Of a stretch of DNA of 64,000 nucleotides, positions 58,026 through 64,000 are shown piece by piece. The position numbers and the translations under genes are program-made. The stretch's first letter is position 1; each line of letters starts with the position of its first letter. Under the pieces are notes generated by a model, which was not told the DNA's origin, did not search any database, and was given only the letters and a program-made list of their open reading frames with translations. The DNA is from Lentisphaerota bacterium (GTDB taxonomy: Bacteria > Verrucomicrobiota > Kiritimatiellia > UBA8416 > VGWJ01): contig VGWJ01000006.1 of assembly GCA_016873635.1 (NCBI GenBank), forward strand, positions 3,102 through 67,101, in the 5' to 3' direction.

Positions 58026-58964
58026 CTACGGCGGGCATTCGGCGCAGACGGAGCGGAACAGGTTGGTGGAAAGGTAGCGGTCGCCGCGGTCGCAGAGGAT
58101 CGTGACCACCGTGTCGGAAGGCGCGAGCTCGCTCGCCACGCGCACCGCCGCCCACACCGCCGCGCCGCTGCTCATGCCCGCGAACAGCCCCTCCTCGAGC
58201 GCCAGGCGCTCGGTCATGGCGAACGCGGGCCGGTCCTCGACGGTCATGACGCGATCCAGGCGCGCGCGCTCGAAGATGCCGGGCACAATGGACTCCGACA
58301 TGTTCTTCAGGCCCTGGATGGCGTGTCCCGGCGTGGGTTCGACGCCGACGATCAGGACGCCGGGATTGCGCTCCTTCAGGCGCCGGCCCACGCCCATGAG
58401 CGTGCCGGTGGTGCCCATGCCGGCCACGAAGGCGGTGACCTCGCCGCCGGTCTGCGCGAGGATCTCGGCCCCGGTGGTCGCGTAGTGACTTCGCCAGTTG
58501 GCCTCGTTGTCGAACTGGTTGGGCATGTAGTAGCGGTCGGGCGCCTCGGCCAGGATGCGGCGGGCCTCGCGGATCGCGCCGTCGGTGCGCTCGTGCGCGG
58601 GCGTGAGCACCAGCTCGGCGCCGAAGGCCTGCAGGACCAGGCGGCGCTCCGTGCTGACGCATTCCGGCATGGTCAGCTTGACCCGGTAGCCCTTGCACGC
58701 GCCCACCATGGCCAGCCCGATGCCGGTGTTTCCCGAGGTCGGCTCCAGGATGACCTTGCCCGGCGTGAGCAGGCCGGACGCCTCCGCGGCGTTGACCATC
58801 CAGAGCGCGGGGCGGTCCTTGAGCGATCCCCCGGGGTTGTTGCCCTCCAGCTTGGCGAGGATGCGGGCGCCGTGTTCGGGCCGCACGCGGCGCAACTCGA
58901 CCAGCGGCGTGTTGCCGATCGAGTCCAGCAGGCCGCGGGCGGCGGAATCGGATTGCGAAACCAT
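58026..58964 (-). CDS. cysK: Cysteine synthase (O-acetylserine sulfhydrylase, PLP-dependent).
   Basis: LLDSIGNTPLVEL, PTSGNTGIGLAM, GMGTTGT. ATG at 58964. Confidence 0.9.
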   Translation of the reverse strand: MVSQSDSAARGLLDSIGNTPLVELRRVRPEHGARILAKLEGNNPGGSLKDRPALWMVNAAEASGLLTPGKVILEPTSGNTGIGLAMVGACKGYRVKLTMPECVSTERRLVLQAFGAELVLTPAHERTDGAIREARRILAEAPDRYYMPNQFDNEANWRSHYATTGAEILAQTGGEVTAFVAGMGTTGTLMGVGRRLKERNPGVLIVGVEPTPGHAIQGLKNMSESIVPGIFERARLDRVMTVEDRPAFAMTERLALEEGLFAGMSSGAAVWAAVRVASELAPSDTVVTILCDRGDRYLSTNLFRSVCAECPP

Positions 58965-59100
58965 GCGGCAACGATACGCCCCGCACGGGGTACCGTCGAC
59001 GCTAAAACTGACCCACAACGCGGCCGTCCCCTCCGGCGCTTGACGCGCTTCGCCGCGCTGTGTGAATATGCGCCGACACGCGAGGGAAAGGAGGAGCGCG

Positions 59101-60096
59101 ATGAACAGAAAGGCATGTGTTCTGACCTTGGCACTCGCCGCGGGCGCCGTGACGGGCTGCGGGAAGCGGCCGGCGGAGGAAGCGGCGCGCCCGCGGGTGA
59201 TCGCCGTGATTCCCAAGGGCACCACGCACGAGTTCTGGAAGTCCATTCACGCCGGCGCGGCGCGCGCGGCGCGGGAATGCGGCGTGGAGATCATCTGGAA
59301 AGGGCCGCTGAAGGAGGACGACCGCGACGCGCAGATCGAGGTCGTCGAGAACATGATCGGGCGCGGCGTGGACGGGATCGTGCTGGCGCCGCTGGACGAC
59401 ACGGCGCTGCGGCAGCCGGTGGCCTCGGCCAGGGCGGCCGGCATCCCGGTGGTAATCATCGATTCGGACCTGAAGAGCGAAGACTACGTCAGCTTCGTGG
59501 CCACGGACAACCGCGTGGGCGGCGAAAAGGGCGGGCGGCGCCTGGCCGAGATGCTGGGAGGCAGGGGCAAGGTGGTCATGCTGCGCTACCAGGAGGGGTC
59601 GGCCAGCACCATGAACCGCGAGCAGGGCTTCATGGACGCCATGCGGGCGTTCCCGGAGATCGAAGTCGTCAGCGCCAACCAGTACGGCGGCGCCACGACG
59701 GAGAGCGCCTACCGGGCCAGCGAGAACCTTCTGGCGCCGTACAAGCAGGACGGCGGTCTGACGGTGGACGGCATCTTCTGCCCGAATGAGTCAACCACGT
59801 TCGGGATGCTGCGGGCCCTGCAGGACGGCGGAGTGGCGGGCAAGGTCAAGTACGTGGGCTTCGACAGTTCGGACAAGCTCGTGCAGGCCCTCGCGGGCGG
59901 CGAGATCCACGGCCTGGTGCTGCAGGATCCGATGAACATGGGCTACCTGGGCGTGAAGACCATGGTGGCGCACCTCGACGGGAAGCCGGTGGAGAAGCGC
60001 ATCGACACGGGGTCCTCGGTGGCCACGCCGGAGAACATGAACGAGGCCCGGACCCGGGAGCTGCTCAAGCCCGACTTCGCGCAATGGTTGAAGTGA
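59101..60096 (+). CDS. Sugar ABC transporter periplasmic substrate-binding lipoprotein (ribose/RbsB-like).
   Basis: Lipobox LALAAGAVTGC. Periplasmic binding protein fold motifs. Confidence 0.85.
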   Translation: MNRKACVLTLALAAGAVTGCGKRPAEEAARPRVIAVIPKGTTHEFWKSIHAGAARAARECGVEIIWKGPLKEDDRDAQIEVVENMIGRGVDGIVLAPLDDTALRQPVASARAAGIPVVIIDSDLKSEDYVSFVATDNRVGGEKGGRRLAEMLGGRGKVVMLRYQEGSASTMNREQGFMDAMRAFPEIEVVSANQYGGATTESAYRASENLLAPYKQDGGLTVDGIFCPNESTTFGMLRALQDGGVAGKVKYVGFDSSDKLVQALAGGEIHGLVLQDPMNMGYLGVKTMVAHLDGKPVEKRIDTGSSVATPENMNEARTRELLKPDFAQWLK

Positions 60097-61604
60097 CCAT
60101 GCCGCCCTGTTTCGAAATGCGGGGCCTGAGCAAGCGGTTCGGGGCCACGGCGGCCCTGGACGGCGTCGACTTATGCGTGGCCCCCGGCGAAGCGCACGCG
60201 CTGGTGGGCGAGAACGGCGCGGGCAAGAGCACGCTGATGAAGATCCTCGCCGGCGCGGAGCGCGCCGACGCCGGCGAGATGCGCCTGGCCGGGCGCGCCT
60301 ACCGCCCGTCCGATCCCCTGGACGCGCGGCGCCGCGGCATCGCCATGATCTACCAGGAGCTGTCGCTCGCCGATCACCTCACCGTGGAAGAGAACATCTC
60401 CCTCGGCCTGGAGCCGTCGCGCGGCGGCGTGGTGCGCTTCCGCTTCGCGCGGGAGCGCGCCCGCGCGGCGCTGGCGCAGCTCGGGCACGGCGATCTTCCC
60501 GCCGGCGCGCGCACGGGCGGCCTGTCCGTGGCGGAGCGGCAGGTCGTGGAGATCGCGCGCGCGGTGGCCACGGGGTGCCGGGTGCTGGTGCTGGACGAGC
60601 CGACCAGCAGCCTGGGGCAGGCCGACGTGGTCCGCCTTTTCGCCCTGATCGGCCGGCTGAAGAAGCAGGACGTGGGCGTGGTCTATATTTCGCATTTCAT
60701 CGAGGAGGTCAAGCGGGTGGGCGACCGCTACACGGTGCTGCGCGACGGCGCCGTGGCCGGCGGGGGGCGGACGGAAGAGGCGACCGTTGACGGCATCGTG
60801 AGCCTCATGATCGGGCGGCGGCTCGAGCGCCTGTACCCGCGCACGCGCCGCGCGCCGGGCGAGGAAGTCCTGCGGCTGGAGAATCTGTCGGGCGTTGAAC
60901 GGCCGACGGGCGCGTGCCTCGCGCTGCGGCGCGGCGAAGTGCTGGGCATCGCGGGCCTGATCGGCGCCGGGCGCACGGAGCTTCTGCGGGCGGTCTTCGG
61001 GCTGGACGCGGTGAAGTCGGGCCGCGTGGCGGTGGGCGCGGCGGCGTTCCGCCCTTCGCCGCCGGACATGTTGAAGGCCGGCGCGGGGTTCTTGAGCGAG
61101 GACCGCAAGGGCGAGGGACTGGCCGTCGGCATGAGCGTGGCCGAGAACATGGTGCTCTCGCGGCCGGGCGGGGTGGGGCGCTTCGGTTTCGTTGCCCCGC
61201 GGCGCGTCCGCGCCGCGGCCGGGGCATGGTCGGCGCGCCTGGGCATCCGCTGCCGCGACACGTCCGACGCCTGCGCGGCGCTCTCCGGCGGCAACCAGCA
61301 GAAGGTGGCCATGGCGCGGCTGCTCTATCAGGACGCGGACGTGCTCCTCCTGGACGAGCCCACGCGCGGCATCGACGTGGCCAGCAAGGCGCAGATATAC
61401 GGCTTGATCGACCGCCTGGCCTGCGGCGCGGACCGCGCCCGCGCCTGCGCCGTGCTGATGGTGAGCAGCTACCTGCCCGAGCTGCTCGGCATGTGCGACC
61501 GCATCGCGGTCATGTGCCGCGGCCGGCTGGGCGAAGCCAGGCCGGCCGCGGAGTGGGACGAGCAATCCCTGCTGCGGGCGGCCGCGGCCGGGGAGGCGGC
61601 ATGA
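60084..61604 (+). CDS. Sugar ABC transporter ATP-binding protein with duplicated ABC domains (RbsA-like).
   Basis: Walker A GENGAGKST and a second ABC cassette. Start is 60084 (GTG) or the ATG at 60099. Confidence 0.9.
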   Translation: MVEVTMPPCFEMRGLSKRFGATAALDGVDLCVAPGEAHALVGENGAGKSTLMKILAGAERADAGEMRLAGRAYRPSDPLDARRRGIAMIYQELSLADHLTVEENISLGLEPSRGGVVRFRFARERARAALAQLGHGDLPAGARTGGLSVAERQVVEIARAVATGCRVLVLDEPTSSLGQADVVRLFALIGRLKKQDVGVVYISHFIEEVKRVGDRYTVLRDGAVAGGGRTEEATVDGIVSLMIGRRLERLYPRTRRAPGEEVLRLENLSGVERPTGACLALRRGEVLGIAGLIGAGRTELLRAVFGLDAVKSGRVAVGAAAFRPSPPDMLKAGAGFLSEDRKGEGLAVGMSVAENMVLSRPGGVGRFGFVAPRRVRAAAGAWSARLGIRCRDTSDACAALSGGNQQKVAMARLLYQDADVLLLDEPTRGIDVASKAQIYGLIDRLACGADRARACAVLMVSSYLPELLGMCDRIAVMCRGRLGEARPAAEWDEQSLLRAAAAGEAA

Positions 61605-62563
61605 GCGGCGGGGCGCGCAGAGGCGGATTCAGGCTGCCGGGCGCGCTGGGCCCGATGCTGGGTCTGGGGGCGGTGCTGCTCTTCTTCGGTTTCCTGGCGC
61701 CGCCGAGCTTCGCCACGCTGGCGAACATGCAGACCGTCGCGCGGCAGTCCGCCATCGTGGGCACGGCCGCGCTGGGCATGACGCTGGTCATCATCTCCGG
61801 CGGGATCGACCTGTCCGTCGGATCGGTCATCGCCCTGACCACGGTGGTGATCGCCTACCTGCTGAAAACCGCGGGCATGCATCCGCTGGCCGCGGCGCTG
61901 CTGGGCGTGGGCGCGGGCGCGTGGTGCGGACTGGTCACCGGACTGCTGGTGACGCAGTTGCGCATGGTGCCCTTCATCGTGACGCTGGGCATGATGCTGG
62001 TCATCCGCGGCGTGGCCAAGAACATCGCCGACGAGAAGAAGATCGACGCGCCGCTGACCGGCCTGAACAGGCTGCTGGCCGCCGGCGGGGCGTGGGACTG
62101 GCCCCCGGGCGTATGGCTGGTGATCGGCATGGCCGTGATCGTGGCCGGCCTGCTGCGCTACACGGTCTTCGGGCGCCACGTTTTCGCCGTGGGATCCAAC
62201 GCGCAGACGGCGCGGCTGTGCGGCGTGCGGGTTGACGAGGTCAGGGCGCTGGTGTACACGCTTGGCGGAACGTTCGCGGGTCTGGCGGGCGTGATGCAGT
62301 TCTCGCGGCTGACGGTGGGCGATCCGACCGTGGCGATCGGCAAGGAGCTGGACGTGATCGCGGCGGTGGTGATCGGCGGGGGCAGCCTGGCCGGCGGCGA
62401 AGGGTCCGTGCCCGGGAGCCTGATCGGCGCGCTGATCATGACCGTGATCCGCAACGGATGCTCGCAGATGGGCCTTCCGACGTGGGTGCAGGAGGTCGTG
62501 ACGGGCGGGATCATCGTGCTGGCCGTGGCCGTGGACAGCCTGCGGCACAGGCTGCGGAGGTAG
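61601..62563 (+). CDS. Sugar ABC transporter permease (RbsC-like).
   Basis: The ATG overlaps the upstream stop (ATGA). Multi-TM product. Confidence 0.85.
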   Translation: MSGGARRGGFRLPGALGPMLGLGAVLLFFGFLAPPSFATLANMQTVARQSAIVGTAALGMTLVIISGGIDLSVGSVIALTTVVIAYLLKTAGMHPLAAALLGVGAGAWCGLVTGLLVTQLRMVPFIVTLGMMLVIRGVAKNIADEKKIDAPLTGLNRLLAAGGAWDWPPGVWLVIGMAVIVAGLLRYTVFGRHVFAVGSNAQTARLCGVRVDEVRALVYTLGGTFAGLAGVMQFSRLTVGDPTVAIGKELDVIAAVVIGGGSLAGGEGSVPGSLIGALIMTVIRNGCSQMGLPTWVQEVVTGGIIVLAVAVDSLRHRLRR

Positions 62564-62580
62564 GGGAGGAGGAAAGGAAT

Positions 62581-64000
62581 ATGCCGAAACGCACGGACAT
62601 CAAGAAGGTCATGATCATCGGGTCGGGCCCCATCGTCATCGGGCAGGCCTGCGAATTCGACTACTCGGGGACCCAGGCCTGCAAGGCGCTGCGAAGCCTC
62701 GGCTACGAAATCGTGCTGGTTAATTCCAATCCGGCCACGATCATGACCGACCCGGGCATGGCGGACTTCACGTACATCGAGCCCCTCACGCTGGAGACGG
62801 TGTCGGAGATCGTGGCCAGGGAGAAGCCCGACGCGCTTCTGCCCAACCTGGGCGGGCAGTCCGGCCTCAACCTTTCGTCGGAACTGGCGCGCGCGGGCGT
62901 GCTGGAGAAGCACGGGGTGCGCGTGATCGGCGTGCAGGTGGACGCCATCAAGCGCGGCGAAGACCGCCAGGCGTTCAAGGATACGATGGCCAGTCTCGGC
63001 ATCGACGTGCCGCGCAGCGCCATTGCCAATTCGCCGGAAGAGGCGGAGAAAGCGCTGGCCGAGGTCGGTCTGCCGTGCGTCATACGCCCGGCCTACACCA
63101 TGGGCGGAACGGGCGGGGGCTTCGCGTACAACGTCCAGGAGTTCAACGCGCTGGTCGAGCGCGGGCTGCGGGCGAGCCTGGTGGGCCAGATCCTGGTCGA
63201 GGAATCCGTCCTGGGATGGGAGGAACTCGAGCTGGAGGTGGTGCGCGACGGCGGGAACCGGATGATCACGGTCTGCTTCATCGAGAACGTCGACGCCATG
63301 GGCGTGCACACCGGGGACAGCTACTGCACGGCCCCCATGCTGACCATCGCCCCCGAGCTGCAGGAGCGTCTGCGGAAGTATTCCTACGCCATCGTCGAGG
63401 CCATCGGGGTCATCGGCGGCACGAACATTCAGTTCGCCCACGACCCGAAAAGCGGGCGCGTCGTGGCGATCGAAATCAATCCGCGCACCTCGCGCTCCTC
63501 CGCCCTGGCTTCGAAAGCCACGGGCTTTCCCATCGCCTACGTATCCGCGCTGCTGGCCGGCGGACTCACCCTGGACGAGATCCCGTACTGGCGCGACGGA
63601 ACGCTGGACAAGTATACGCCGTCGGGCGACTACGTGGTCGTCAAGTTCGCGCGCTGGGCCTTCGAGAAGTTCCCCGCGCTGCCGGACCGGCTGGGCACGC
63701 AGATGCGCGCCGTGGGCGAGGTGATGAGCATCGGCAAAACCTACAAGGAGGCCCTGCAGAAGGCCGTGCGCTCCCGGGAAGACGGCCGCTACGGGCTGGG
63801 TTTCGCCCGGGACTACAACCGCAAGACGCTGGACGAGCTCATGCTGATGCTGGCCGAGCCGTCGAGCGAACGGCAGTTCATCATGTACGAGGCCCTCCGC
63901 AAGGGCGCCGACGTGCGGAAGCTGTACGCGAAGACCTACATCAAGCCCTGGTTCATCACGCAGATGAAGGAGCTGGTCGAGCTCGAGGAACGGATCCTCG
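62581..64000 (+). CDS. carB: Carbamoyl-phosphate synthase large subunit CarB, N-terminal part; continues beyond the window.
   Basis: MPKRTDIKKVMIIGSGPIVIGQACEFDYSGTQACKAL..., canonical CarB. SD GGAGGAGGAAAGGAA. Not in the ORF track because it has no stop in the window. Confidence 0.9.
   Translation, partial: MPKRTDIKKVMIIGSGPIVIGQACEFDYSGTQACKALRSLGYEIVLVNSNPATIMTDPGMADFTYIEPLTLETVSEIVAREKPDALLPNLGGQSGLNLSSELARAGVLEKHGVRVIGVQVDAIKRGEDRQAFKDTMASLGIDVPRSAIANSPEEAEKALAEVGLPCVIRPAYTMGGTGGGFAYNVQEFNALVERGLRASLVGQILVEESVLGWEELELEVVRDGGNRMITVCFIENVDAMGVHTGDSYCTAPMLTIAPELQERLRKYSYAIVEAIGVIGGTNIQFAHDPKSGRVVAIEINPRTSRSSALASKATGFPIAYVSALLAGGLTLDEIPYWRDGTLDKYTPSGDYVVVKFARWAFEKFPALPDRLGTQMRAVGEVMSIGKTYKEALQKAVRSREDGRYGLGFARDYNRKTLDELMLMLAEPSSERQFIMYEALRKGADVRKLYAKTYIKPWFITQMKELVELEERIL

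Overview
High-GC (~70%) bacterial chromosomal window, dense with genes. Because of the GC content almost every region carries long spurious antisense ORFs, so I called genes by amino-acid composition, conserved motifs, start-codon and RBS context, and operon logic. Main content, left to right: (1) a >1300-aa coiled-coil protein on the minus strand with two N-terminal GYF-like/DUF4339 domains; it runs off the left edge and is absent from the ORF track, whose 18..4073 + ORF is its antisense shadow. (2) dnaE. (3) A ~140-170 bp GC-rich repeat with terminal inverted repeats, present twice (9033..9202 and 17621..17757), the first next to a tRNA-Leu(CAG). (4) ilvE, then an mcsA-mcsB-clpC operon, an HDAC/AcuC-like gene and a PrsR-like sigma54 response regulator. 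(5) A divergent pair of a nucleoside 2-deoxyribosyltransferase/DNPH1-like gene and an NT5C-type 5'-deoxynucleotidase. (6) The most interesting locus: a sigma54 activator flanked by two near-identical sigma54 promoters (TGGCACG-N4-CTGCA). One drives a lysine 2,3-aminomutase gene followed by two Ddl-family ATP-grasp ligases, one of them fused to a GNAT acetyltransferase; I read this as a candidate cassette for a beta-lysine-derived acylated peptide or solute. The other drives two tiny basic proteins (a Lys-rich 55-aa ORF and a DUF2934 protein). (7) A phosphorelay cluster with a hybrid kinase, a soluble kinase core and an unusual periplasmic-sensor/two-TM/receiver fusion. (8) A translationally coupled DUF362/DUF1846 pair, ispH, and an orphan corrinoid protein divergent from an AraC regulator. 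(9) A six-gene minus-strand operon with an active S1C protease, a catalytically dead paralog, two membrane proteins and an ABC-2 exporter. (10) queF, a 3D-domain lipoprotein, an NfeD/flotillin operon, rubrerythrin, a PHP-domain-UvrD helicase fusion, an RRM protein, a Ser/Thr kinase, apgM, cysK, a ribose-type sugar ABC transporter and the start of carB. No rRNA, CRISPR array or obvious prophage or integrase was seen.
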